Below, in pieces: positions 55,381 to 64,000 of a stretch of DNA of 64,000 nucleotides. The stretch comes from an uncultured Bacillales bacterium. Lineage in GTDB: Bacteria > Bacillota_I > Bacilli_A > RFN20 > CAG-826. The stretch's first letter is position 1, and each line of letters starts with the position of its first letter. A model generated the notes under the pieces. That model did no database searches and was not told where the DNA came from. It was given only the letters and a program-made list of their open reading frames with translations. The DNA lies in assembly GCA_946409515.1 (NCBI GenBank), contig CAMJWS010000002.1, positions 188,642 through 252,641 on the forward strand, in the 5' to 3' direction. Position numbers and translations under genes: made by a program.

Positions 55381-56428
55381 CTCTGTTCTCCTCTTCTACT
55401 TTGGCTTTTAATTGACCGCATGCAGCATCAATATCACTACCAAATTCTTTTCTAATTGTCGCGGTAACTCCACCCTTCATCAGATAGTCTAAGAAGGCGT
55501 GAACACGGTTACCACTGGAACGATGGAATTCTGGGAATTTGTTTGTCTCATTATATGGAATGAGATTAACATAGCCCATTGTTCCTTTAATTAATTTAAT
55601 TAACTGTTGAGCGTGTTCTTTTGTGTCATTGATACCTTCTAAAAGAAGATATTCATAAGTGACACGACGCTTAGTTTCTTTTTCATAATAACGCACCGCT
55701 TCCATGACTTTATCCAAATGATAAGCACGGTTGATTTTCATCAGTCTACTTCTTAGTTCATCATTAGGTGCATGTAAAGAGATGGCTAAGTTAGTTTGTA
55801 AATGTTCATCAGCGTATCTATAGATATTTTCCACAATACCACATGTTGAGATGGTGATATGTCTAGCGCCAATCGCTAAACCTTTTGGATGGTTTAAGAT
55901 TCTAATGAAATCTAAAACGTTATCGTAGTTATCAAATGGTTCACCTGTTCCCATCACAACAACGTGAGTAACATGTTGGCCTTTGTTTTCTTCTTTGAGA
56001 AGTTTATTAATTAATAAGATTTGTCCCATCATTTCTTCTGGAGCAAGATTTCTTTGCTTACCAAGAATACCGCTGGAGCAGAAAGAACAACCCATATTAC
56101 AACCCACCTGGCTAGATACGCATACTGCACAGCCATATGAGTAGCGCATTAAAACACATTCGACTTTATAGCCGTCTTTTAGTTCGACGAGTAATTTAAT
56201 TGTGCCGTCTTTACTCACTTGTTTGGTATAAACAGTTGGTAAGTCTAAGCAGTACTTTTCTTTAAGAACTTCACGGAATGATTTAGATATGTCACTCATC
56301 TCATCAAAGGATTCCGCTTTCTTTTCATAAATCCACGAGTAAAGTTGCGTGGCGCGGTAAGGTTTTTGACCTTCCTCCTCCATCAACTTGATGAGTTTAT
56401 TCATTTCTAATCCGTAAAGATTAATCAT
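55373..56428 (-). CDS. rlmN: Dual-specificity RNA methyltransferase RlmN
   Basis: CVSSQVGCNMGCSFC, MGTGEP, ISLHA, DIDAACGQL. Confidence 0.97.
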   Translation of the reverse strand: MINLYGLEMNKLIKLMEEEGQKPYRATQLYSWIYEKKAESFDEMSDISKSFREVLKEKYCLDLPTVYTKQVSKDGTIKLLVELKDGYKVECVLMRYSYGCAVCVSSQVGCNMGCSFCSSGILGKQRNLAPEEMMGQILLINKLLKEENKGQHVTHVVVMGTGEPFDNYDNVLDFIRILNHPKGLAIGARHITISTCGIVENIYRYADEHLQTNLAISLHAPNDELRSRLMKINRAYHLDKVMEAVRYYEKETKRRVTYEYLLLEGINDTKEHAQQLIKLIKGTMGYVNLIPYNETNKFPEFHRSSGNRVHAFLDYLMKGGVTATIRKEFGSDIDAACGQLKAKVEEENRDE

Positions 56429-57680
56429 TCTTTTTGGCCTTTTTTAATGCTGCAAAATAATAGGAACCACCATATTTCTTATATGGGAAATATAGCTTAT
56501 CTCTCACTAATGTGAAGTTTTCATTATTAGCGAGGAATTCATTGATGATGTTGATACTTTCTTTCTTTGAAAGAGTGTCCACTAAGTAGAGGAGATAACC
56601 ATCTTCTTCCACTTGTTCAGCGGCTTCTTTTAGAGCAAGTTTTTGATTGGCGATTAATTCATCGAGTTTGTTGAAATCAAATCTTAAGAAATAATCTGGT
56701 AAAAGTTGTAAGAGATTGAATCTAGAATTATCAGGCATGACCACGAATGTATGCACAGGCTTAGATAAGCATGTGATAATTGAGGAAGCTTGTGCTTCAT
56801 AGACATTAACACCTCTTACTTGGTTCTTATTCAAGAAATTTCTAGCGTTAGATGCTGTCGCTAAATTACCAGCGATGAATTCCACACCAGAAATACTTTC
56901 TTTTCTAGAAAGAAGGTCGATGAGTAAGTCATTTGGATATTCGGTATAGATGGCTAAGCCTCTTAAAAGATCCACATCACCTTCATCTAACATTTCTTTG
57001 AACGCTAAAGCGTATGGAGTGGCAAGAGCTTTTTCGTTGACTTCATGGTTTTTAAATTTACCTTCGCCTTTATATAAAGCCATGCCATTAACACCTTCAA
57101 TTCTTTCGAATTCAGGGTATTTATTGAAGAAGTCTTCGTCTTCAATTTTCTTATTATCAATTCTTAAAACGACTGGAGCAGGTTTGCTATTAGCCTTTAG
57201 GGCTTTGCTAACCGCAATATGACCGAACTGTTTATTCCACATCTTGATGATTTCCGTAGGTGTGTTGTAGCGGAAAGAAAGGAACTCAAAAGAACCGACT
57301 TCAATATTTTCTGGAACGAGTTTCTTCTCTTGGAGATATGGTTCAATGAAGTCTTGAGCTTTGATATCTTCTTCTTTGAGATATTGCTCTACTTCTTTAT
57401 TGCAGTCCTCTTGATCAAGTTTCTTAATGAATAAGGCATTGCTAAAAGCAATCATTAAAGCAATCGCACCGACACTATCTAAGTCAGGATATTGTTTGTT
57501 TATCACATTGGATAAAACCAGATAATGGCGAAGTACACATCCGACCATCGCGGATATATTCGCTTTATCCTCCTTAGAAACTTCGTTCTTTTTGAAAGCT
57601 TGCTTTAAGGCAAGAGAAAACGGTGTGTTTTCGTTAATGATTCTGTTTAGGATGTCCCTAGCTAAAACTTGTGGAGTCAT
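56421..57680 (-). CDS. rsmB: Degenerate RsmB/Sun homolog (catalytic motifs lost)
   Basis: NusB-like N-domain, sun position before rlmN, C-terminal fold pattern retained but no PC or TC motif. Confidence 0.75.
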   Translation of the reverse strand: MTPQVLARDILNRIINENTPFSLALKQAFKKNEVSKEDKANISAMVGCVLRHYLVLSNVINKQYPDLDSVGAIALMIAFSNALFIKKLDQEDCNKEVEQYLKEEDIKAQDFIEPYLQEKKLVPENIEVGSFEFLSFRYNTPTEIIKMWNKQFGHIAVSKALKANSKPAPVVLRIDNKKIEDEDFFNKYPEFERIEGVNGMALYKGEGKFKNHEVNEKALATPYALAFKEMLDEGDVDLLRGLAIYTEYPNDLLIDLLSRKESISGVEFIAGNLATASNARNFLNKNQVRGVNVYEAQASSIITCLSKPVHTFVVMPDNSRFNLLQLLPDYFLRFDFNKLDELIANQKLALKEAAEQVEEDGYLLYLVDTLSKKESINIINEFLANNENFTLVRDKLYFPYKKYGGSYYFAALKKAKKND

Positions 57681-57701
57681 AATGACTTCTCCTATTGACG
57701 T

Positions 57702-58154
57702 TTAGTCCTTGTTGAAATCACGGAAGATATCACCAGTGAAGATTTCATCCTCACCATCTCCTTCTTCCATATCTTCATAATCCTCATTAGCAACGTCGAC
57801 TAAATTATCGCTAGCGATAAAGCGTGGATAATTGTCATTAAATTTGCTGTAGCGATTATCTTGCGAATAATAATAGAATTCAAGAATTTTATTAATCGCG
57901 ACATCGCCGATACTTTCTAAAATTAAATGTGCTGCTTGTTCTTGTAAGACAGCGACTTTCTTTGGAGCGTGGACATGAATAATGATATTCCAGGAAGTTT
58001 GTTCCACTCCGTTATGGAAGACCATGTTTTCTGGGGCCACGAATAAAATTTCGTCTTCGCTTAACTCATAAAGTTTGGCTAAATTTGGAGTCATTTCACG
58101 AGATAAACGACCGACTACAAATTGATCTAAACCGTAAATGGTAATAGTAATCAT
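57702..58154 (-). CDS. DUF1904/tautomerase-fold-like protein with acidic tail
   Basis: Sequence pattern resembles DUF1904 by eye; SD GAGG. Confidence 0.5.
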   Translation of the reverse strand: MITITIYGLDQFVVGRLSREMTPNLAKLYELSEDEILFVAPENMVFHNGVEQTSWNIIIHVHAPKKVAVLQEQAAHLILESIGDVAINKILEFYYYSQDNRYSKFNDNYPRFIASDNLVDVANEDYEDMEEGDGEDEIFTGDIFRDFNKD

Positions 58155-58202
58155 ATAAAATACCTCATGAATTAGTATAATACAGACTCTACATTTTTAG
58201 TA

Positions 58203-60398
58203 TTAAAAATTGTAAGGATCTATATTAATCAATAATTCGTAGGCACTGTTATAGGCAAATAGCTCCTGCATTTTAAGGAGAATATCGTGTGCTTTTTTAG
58301 GATCTTTGAATTTGATAAGAATGGCTCTAACATGTAGGCCCATATCAAACGGAATATATGGTGTTGATGGTCCTAAGATTTGTCCATCATCTAAAAATTC
58401 ATCGTTTAAGAAGTCCACTATTCGAATGGTATTTTCAATAACAGTTTCTTCACTTTTACCGCGTATTGTCACGCTCGCAAGATAAGCGTATGGAGGATAA
58501 AATTGTAGTTTACGCATTTCCATCTCTTTACGATAGAAAAGTTCATAGTCTTGTCTAGCGGCAAATGTAATCGCATAGTGACTTGGTAAATATGTTTGAA
58601 TGATTGCCATACCTGGTTTTTCTTTTCTTCCTGAACGTCCTATTGCTTGGGTAATAAGTTGGAAAGCTCTTTCATTACTACGGTATGATGGCATAGATAA
58701 ACCGATATCCGCTAAAACAATACCGACAAGTGTCACGTCAGGGAAATCATGGCCTTTAGCAATCATTTGAGTACCAATTAAGACATCAGCTTCTTTCTTT
58801 CTGAAAGCCTCTATTACTTCTGGAATCTTACTCTTATTCTTTGCAGAGTCACTATCTAATCTCAGTGTTCTAGCGCTTGGGAAAAGACGTTCCACTTCTT
58901 CTTGGATTTTCTCTGTTCCAAAGCCTGTTTTCATTAGATATTTAGAACCACATTCTGGACATGTTTCTGGTAATGGCTCAACATAGTCACAGTGATGACA
59001 TTTCAGCATATTATCTTTCTTATGGTAGGTTAGTGCAATTCCACAAGTTGGACACTTAAAGACATGTCCGCAGTTACGACATGTAACATGTGTAGAAAAA
59101 CCTCTTCTATTAATAAGTAAGATAGCTTGTTCGCCTTTCGCTAAGGTCTTATGAAGTTCATCTCTTAAGGCATGAGAGAAGATATAGGAATCTCGATCAA
59201 TATTATGATAATCGAGCATATTAACTATTTTTGTGGTTGGTAGTTTTTGATTATTAATACGCTTTGTTAAATAAAGCATATGATAAACACCTTTTTGTCC
59301 TCTCGCCCTACTTTCTAAAGAAGGAGTGGCACTAGCAAGTAACACTTTAGCGTGATTATATTTTCCACGCATAATAGCCACTTCTCTAGCGTGATAGAAA
59401 GGTAAGTTATCTTGTTTATATGATTCGGTATGTTCTTCGTCTAATATAATTAGACCAATGTTTTTTAAAGGAGCGAATATTGCACTTCTAACACCAACGA
59501 CAATCTTACAGTCCCCTTTAGCGATCTTACGATATTCATCATATTTTTCCGCTGGAGTAAGTTCACTATGCAAGATAGCGACGTTATTAGAAAATCTATG
59601 GAGGAAGTATTCCACCATCATTGGGGTTAAAGATATTTCAGGAACAAGCATTAAAACAGACTTACCCGCTTTAAGAACTTGTTCGGATAAATTTAGATAA
59701 ACTTCAGTTTTACCTGAACCGGTAACACCCTCTAACAGATAGACACTATCGTTTGAATTGTTGAACTCATCTATGACCTTGTTTTGGTCTTCACTGAGTT
59801 TAGGAGGAGTTTGATATTGATAGTCAGGAACTTTTAACCTGCGTTTTTCCTCTTTAACGATTTGAATTCTATTCTTTTCTAAAAGCTTATCAATAATACT
59901 AACTTGCTTAATATCGCGCTTTAAAACACGACCTTCAAGTTTGATAAATCTTAATAGTTCTATTTGTTTGTTTGTTAAGTCTTCTTCACTTTCATCAATG
60001 ACTTCTAAATATTGATCATAGGCAATCTTAGGAGCCTTTAAAGATGATTTCCTTGGAGATAAAGAAGGAGGCAGCATTGATTGAAGAACACTAATCTTTG
60101 GGACTAGATAATAAGAAGATACTTCGTCTAATAAAGAAAGTAATTCTTCGTTCAACAACGGAACATCATCAATAACATCTTTAATCTCACTGATGGAGAA
60201 GCCTTTTTCTTCTTCATATTGTTCTAAATTGAGATTAGTTTCTGTTACGTTTATTACATAACCGATTAAATCACGGTGATTGAACTCTAAAAGAACTCTA
60301 ATGCCTTTAACTAGTTTTTTGTTGCCTTTATAGCAATAAGAAAAAGGACGGTTTAACGAACTCTTGGCATATTCAATAAGAACTTCCACTATTTGCAT
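58203..60398 (-). CDS. priA: Primosomal protein N'
   Basis: GVTGSGKTEVY, DEEH, SATPS, four CxxC motifs, GTQMIAKGHDF. Confidence 0.98.
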   Translation of the reverse strand: MQIVEVLIEYAKSSLNRPFSYCYKGNKKLVKGIRVLLEFNHRDLIGYVINVTETNLNLEQYEEEKGFSISEIKDVIDDVPLLNEELLSLLDEVSSYYLVPKISVLQSMLPPSLSPRKSSLKAPKIAYDQYLEVIDESEEDLTNKQIELLRFIKLEGRVLKRDIKQVSIIDKLLEKNRIQIVKEEKRRLKVPDYQYQTPPKLSEDQNKVIDEFNNSNDSVYLLEGVTGSGKTEVYLNLSEQVLKAGKSVLMLVPEISLTPMMVEYFLHRFSNNVAILHSELTPAEKYDEYRKIAKGDCKIVVGVRSAIFAPLKNIGLIILDEEHTESYKQDNLPFYHAREVAIMRGKYNHAKVLLASATPSLESRARGQKGVYHMLYLTKRINNQKLPTTKIVNMLDYHNIDRDSYIFSHALRDELHKTLAKGEQAILLINRRGFSTHVTCRNCGHVFKCPTCGIALTYHKKDNMLKCHHCDYVEPLPETCPECGSKYLMKTGFGTEKIQEEVERLFPSARTLRLDSDSAKNKSKIPEVIEAFRKKEADVLIGTQMIAKGHDFPDVTLVGIVLADIGLSMPSYRSNERAFQLITQAIGRSGRKEKPGMAIIQTYLPSHYAITFAARQDYELFYRKEMEMRKLQFYPPYAYLASVTIRGKSEETVIENTIRIVDFLNDEFLDDGQILGPSTPYIPFDMGLHVRAILIKFKDPKKAHDILLKMQELFAYNSAYELLINIDPYNF

Positions 60399-60412
60399 GT
60401 TCTACCGTCTCT

Positions 60413-60985
60413 TTAGTCTCTATCAAATTCCTTAAGGATTTTTATAATTTCATCACCAGCGCGATTAATACGATCGTTCATAATAACGAAATCATAATTC
60501 TTGGCTTTTTCCATTTCGGCTTCCGCTTTAGCAAGGCGCTTTTGGATGACTTCTTCAGTCTCAGATTTTCTCTTTCTAATACGTGCTTCAAGCTGTTTCA
60601 TTGATGGCGGTTTCAAATAGAAGGAAACGACTCTATCATCTTTAACCTTCGAAAGTACTTGTTCCGCGCCATTGATTTCAATCTCAAGCAAAACATTTTT
60701 ACCTTGATTACGGAGATCTTCAACAATGCTTCTTGGTGTACCATAACGGTTGCCAACGAACTCCGCCCATTCAAGGAAATTATCGTTATCAATATTCTTT
60801 TGGAATTCTTCTTTACTAACAAAGTAATATTCCACACCATTAGTCTCTGTGGCCCTTGGTTCTCTTGTGGTCATAGATACTGAAAACACCATCGGGAATA
60901 ACTCACGATTCATAATGTATTTTCTGACAGTGCCTTTGCCGACACCTGATGGACCACTAAGAATAATTAATAACCCTTTTTTCAT
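60413..60985 (-). CDS. gmk: Guanylate kinase
   Basis: SGPSGVGKGT, TTREPR, YGTP. Confidence 0.97.
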   Translation of the reverse strand: MKKGLLIILSGPSGVGKGTVRKYIMNRELFPMVFSVSMTTREPRATETNGVEYYFVSKEEFQKNIDNDNFLEWAEFVGNRYGTPRSIVEDLRNQGKNVLLEIEINGAEQVLSKVKDDRVVSFYLKPPSMKQLEARIRKRKSETEEVIQKRLAKAEAEMEKAKNYDFVIMNDRINRAGDEIIKILKEFDRD

Positions 60986-61078
60986 AGTACGACATATTTT
61001 ATAAGATATTTATAAATAAGGCAACACCTCTTACCCTATTTTCTTAACTATATTCAACATTTTTGCTAATATATTTCC

Positions 61079-62452
61079 ATGAACTACTATTCTTACTCTT
61101 CTTTTAAGAAGGTTATTGATGAATTAAGAAAGAAAATCATTGGTTGCAGAATTAATAATATTACTGTGATTAATTCTCATGATTTCTTATGTACATTATC
61201 AATGATTAAGGACGAAAAGTTACTAATTTCACTTAATCATCAGCACCCATTTTTAGCCTTAATTAATGTTAAGAAAGTTGAACCCACGATTACGGGTAAT
61301 TTAAATGAGTCTTTAAGAAAATTCTTAAAGGATGCCTATATTGTAGATATTAATTTAAATAATGATGACCGTATCGTGGAATTTGTTATTCAAAAGGCTA
61401 ATGACTATTATGAGAAAGTAGTTACTCACCTATATTTAGAATGCATTCCTCAAAGAGCCAATCTCTTGTTTGTGAATGAAGAAGGTAAGATTATTCACGC
61501 TTTACATTACGCAAGTGTCACAAGCGCTAGACCTATCTTAAATGGTTTAACTTATGAATATCCTAATAAAGGTGTATTGAAAGAAGAAAATGAAGTTCCT
61601 TCTCTAGAAGAAATTAAAAATCAAGCGGTGAACTATTATGAAAACGCTTTACAAGTGCATAAGAAAGAAAAGTTCACACCACTTTATCGTTATATTAAAA
61701 GTCGTATTAAATCACTCAATAAAAAGAGTGTCGTTTTAAGAAGCGAGATTGAATCCGCGAAAGAACATTTAAAAGACGCTGATCACGGTAACTACTTATT
61801 AGCGTTCCAATCTGATAAAGAGTTATTAGATGAATATCTTAAAGATAACAATCTTAAACTTGATGAATCTAAGAGCATCGTTGAAAACGCGAATGCGATG
61901 TTTAAAAAATATAAAAAGAGCAAACGCACTATCGAGATGGCGGAATTAGAAGTCAATAAAGCTAAAGAAGAGGAAGAATATCTTTCCTACTTATTAGTGA
62001 GTTCACAGTATATGGATGATGAAGAATTATTCTCCTTATCCCAAGAGTTACTTCCAAAGCAGCATTTAAAAAAGAAATTATTACCAATTAGATGCTCATA
62101 TATCACTTATGATAACGTGAAGATTTCTTTTGGTAAGAATGCCTCTAGTAATAACGAATTAACATTTAAAATCGCTAATAAGGATGATTGGTATTTACAC
62201 ATTAAAGACTATCATGGCGCGCACGTTATTATTCATAATCCAAATCCAAGTAACGCAGTCAAACTCGTGGCCGCGGAACTTTGTCTCATTCTTTCAAATA
62301 AATCCGCAGGCGATATTATGATTGCCAATATGAAAAACGTTAAAAAAGGCCACGCTTTAGGCGAGGCTAATTTGCTTAACTATTCCACGATTACTTTAAA
62401 CAAAGTAAGAGAAGAAACTTTCGCGTTACTTTCTAACAAGCAAGATTACTAA
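61079..62452 (+). CDS. rqcH: NFACT/RqcH (FbpA) family ribosome quality-control protein, shortened
   Basis: N-domain DDRIV, coiled coil ENANAMFKKYKK, C-domain GKN..NNELT...LHIKDYHGAHV. Confidence 0.88.
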   Translation: MNYYSYSSFKKVIDELRKKIIGCRINNITVINSHDFLCTLSMIKDEKLLISLNHQHPFLALINVKKVEPTITGNLNESLRKFLKDAYIVDINLNNDDRIVEFVIQKANDYYEKVVTHLYLECIPQRANLLFVNEEGKIIHALHYASVTSARPILNGLTYEYPNKGVLKEENEVPSLEEIKNQAVNYYENALQVHKKEKFTPLYRYIKSRIKSLNKKSVVLRSEIESAKEHLKDADHGNYLLAFQSDKELLDEYLKDNNLKLDESKSIVENANAMFKKYKKSKRTIEMAELEVNKAKEEEEYLSYLLVSSQYMDDEELFSLSQELLPKQHLKKKLLPIRCSYITYDNVKISFGKNASSNNELTFKIANKDDWYLHIKDYHGAHVIIHNPNPSNAVKLVAAELCLILSNKSAGDIMIANMKNVKKGHALGEANLLNYSTITLNKVREETFALLSNKQDY

Positions 62453-62961
62453 TCTTTAAACAAGAAATCTGGTCCTTTAATTGCTTCCTCTGTCGCTAAG
62501 TCAGGGAACTTTTGTTGTCTAAGGACTTCATAAGCCACTAAAGCGACACAGTTAGAGAGATTTAAACTTCTAGCTTCAGGAACCATAGGTATACGCATTA
62601 ATCTATCTTCATGCATCTTTAAGATATCATGAGGAATACCGGTTGATTCTCTTCCAAACATTAAATAGATGTTTCTGGAAGGATTGCTTAAATCATATGT
62701 GGAATAAACAGTTCTAGCGTATCTAGTCACATAATATGTATCAGCGTTAGGATTTTCTTTTACAAAAGTTTCATAGTCTTTATAAAAGTGCATTTTTAAA
62801 TCATCAATGTAGTCCATACCCACGCGTTTGAGGTCTTTGGAGTCAATAGAAAAAGTAATTGGTCCAATGATGTGCAATGTGGCGTGAATAGCGACACATG
62901 TACGCATAATGTTACCAGTGTTCTGTGGTTTTTCTGGACGATATAAGACGATATGAAGCAT
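62449..62961 (-). CDS. trmL: tRNA (cytidine/uridine-2'-O)-methyltransferase TrmL
   Basis: PEKPQNTGN, FGRESTG, RIPM..RSLNLSN. Confidence 0.95.
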   Translation of the reverse strand: MLHIVLYRPEKPQNTGNIMRTCVAIHATLHIIGPITFSIDSKDLKRVGMDYIDDLKMHFYKDYETFVKENPNADTYYVTRYARTVYSTYDLSNPSRNIYLMFGRESTGIPHDILKMHEDRLMRIPMVPEARSLNLSNCVALVAYEVLRQQKFPDLATEEAIKGPDFLFKD

Positions 62962-63524
62962 TAATAGCCTCTGGCTTTTCTTTCCGCGGTGATACGTGGC
63001 TCAATATCGTGGTGATATTTATCTAAACTACGTTGAATAATAGCTTCCGCTTCTTTTCTATCTTTAAATACTTCTACGGAAGTATCTTTGCCTTCTAAGG
63101 ATTTATAGACCATAAAGAAGTGTTTGATTTCATCCATGATATGGGCGGGGATTTCACTAATATCGTTATAGCCGTTATAGAATGGATCATTTTTCGCAAC
63201 AGCAATAATCTTTTCATCGTTAAGGCCATTATCAGTCATGATAAGCACACCAATTGGGGTGCATTCCACCATAGACATAGGAACGATTGGTTCACTACAT
63301 AAAACTAAGACATCAAGTGGGTCATAGTCATCCGCGAAAGTACGTGGAATAAAACCATAGTTTTGTGGGTAGTGAGTACTTGTAAAAAGAACACGGTCTA
63401 AAATGAGATGACCTGTTTCTTTATCAAGTTCGTATTTATTTTTGCTACCTTTAGATATTTCAATGACTGCTAAAAAGTCACTTGGGGTTACTCTAGAGAT
63501 TTTTACATCATGCCAAGAATGCAT
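62961..63524 (-). CDS. ppa: Family I inorganic pyrophosphatase
   Basis: EISKGSKNKYE, YPQNYGFIP, DYDPLDVL, DEK. Confidence 0.95.
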   Translation of the reverse strand: MHSWHDVKISRVTPSDFLAVIEISKGSKNKYELDKETGHLILDRVLFTSTHYPQNYGFIPRTFADDYDPLDVLVLCSEPIVPMSMVECTPIGVLIMTDNGLNDEKIIAVAKNDPFYNGYNDISEIPAHIMDEIKHFFMVYKSLEGKDTSVEVFKDRKEAEAIIQRSLDKYHHDIEPRITAERKARGY

Positions 63525-63535
63525 AATAGTTCCTC

Positions 63536-63937
63536 CTAATCGTCGTTTTCATAAACGCTAATACGGTTATTAGCCCTATTGAGCGCTTTTTGGGCTCTTT
63601 CTACGTCAATATTCACTAAAGTTGCTAAACGCTGTTCTGCTCTCTTTTTAGCGTCCTTTGCTCTATCGATATCGATATCGTTTTTACTTTCAATGGACTC
63701 TAAAAGAAGAGTGACACCATCTTTAGAAATATTGAGTAAGCCTTCGCCGATAGCATAACACTTTTTATCACCGTTTTGGACGATGAACATTTTAGAAACT
63801 TTTACTTTGGACACTAATGGAGTATGGTTAGGTAATATACCTAAAACATAATCATCTGTTTGGATGACTAATTCTTCGACATAACGGTCAAAGTATTTAC
63901 CAAAAGGTGTAAATATTTCTAAAAGGAAGGTGCTCAT
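63536..63937 (-). CDS. atpC: F1F0 ATP synthase epsilon subunit
   Basis: GILPNHTP, DIDIDRAKDAKKRAE, ALNRA.NR. Confidence 0.95.
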   Translation of the reverse strand: MSTFLLEIFTPFGKYFDRYVEELVIQTDDYVLGILPNHTPLVSKVKVSKMFIVQNGDKKCYAIGEGLLNISKDGVTLLLESIESKNDIDIDRAKDAKKRAEQRLATLVNIDVERAQKALNRANNRISVYENDD

Positions 63938-64000
63938 TGTTTATATGACTCCGCTTTTTTTCTGGCTTCTTCGATAGTACCAACATATAAGAAAGCGATT
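63934..64000 (-). CDS. atpD: F1F0 ATP synthase beta subunit, C-terminal end only
   Basis: Manual translation IAFLYVGTIEEARKKAESYKQ*; TGA overlaps the atpC ATG. Confidence 0.85.
   Translation of the reverse strand, partial: IAFLYVGTIEEARKKAESYKQ

Overview
Low-GC chromosomal window from a genome-reduced, probably host-associated Bacilli-class bacterium (inferred from gene content and Ser-rich lipoproteins; standard genetic code). Most of it is housekeeping: dnaB (partial), pfkA, thrS, infC-rpmI-rplT, thiI-nifZ-ezrA, rpsD, glgCDA-leuS-coaX-pepV-trmB-pncB, rpmB, gmk-priA-rsmB-rlmN-prpC-prkC-rsgA-rpe, rqcH, trmL, ppa, atpC and atpD (partial). Accessory parts are three large surface lipoproteins, an orphan luxE-luxC pair, three small paralogous membrane genes and a three-gene nuclease/membrane island. 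The strongest candidate for an undescribed system is a LysR-controlled Gln/Asp nitrogen-donor regulon at 24.5-39.5 kb. The same 21-bp palindrome (ATCATAC-N7-RTATGAT) lies upstream of purA-purB-guaA-pyrG, a class I/II aminotransferase and glnA-glmS. The first two copies sit at the same spacing (about -66) from their promoters. Other notable items: a tRNA-Thr anticodon-mimic hairpin before thrS with no room for a T-box, an RsmB lacking both catalytic cysteines, a PASTA-less PrkC with an amphipathic tail, a DnaA-box cluster next to dnaB, and several apparently leaderless genes. All calls were made by eye; no searches were run.
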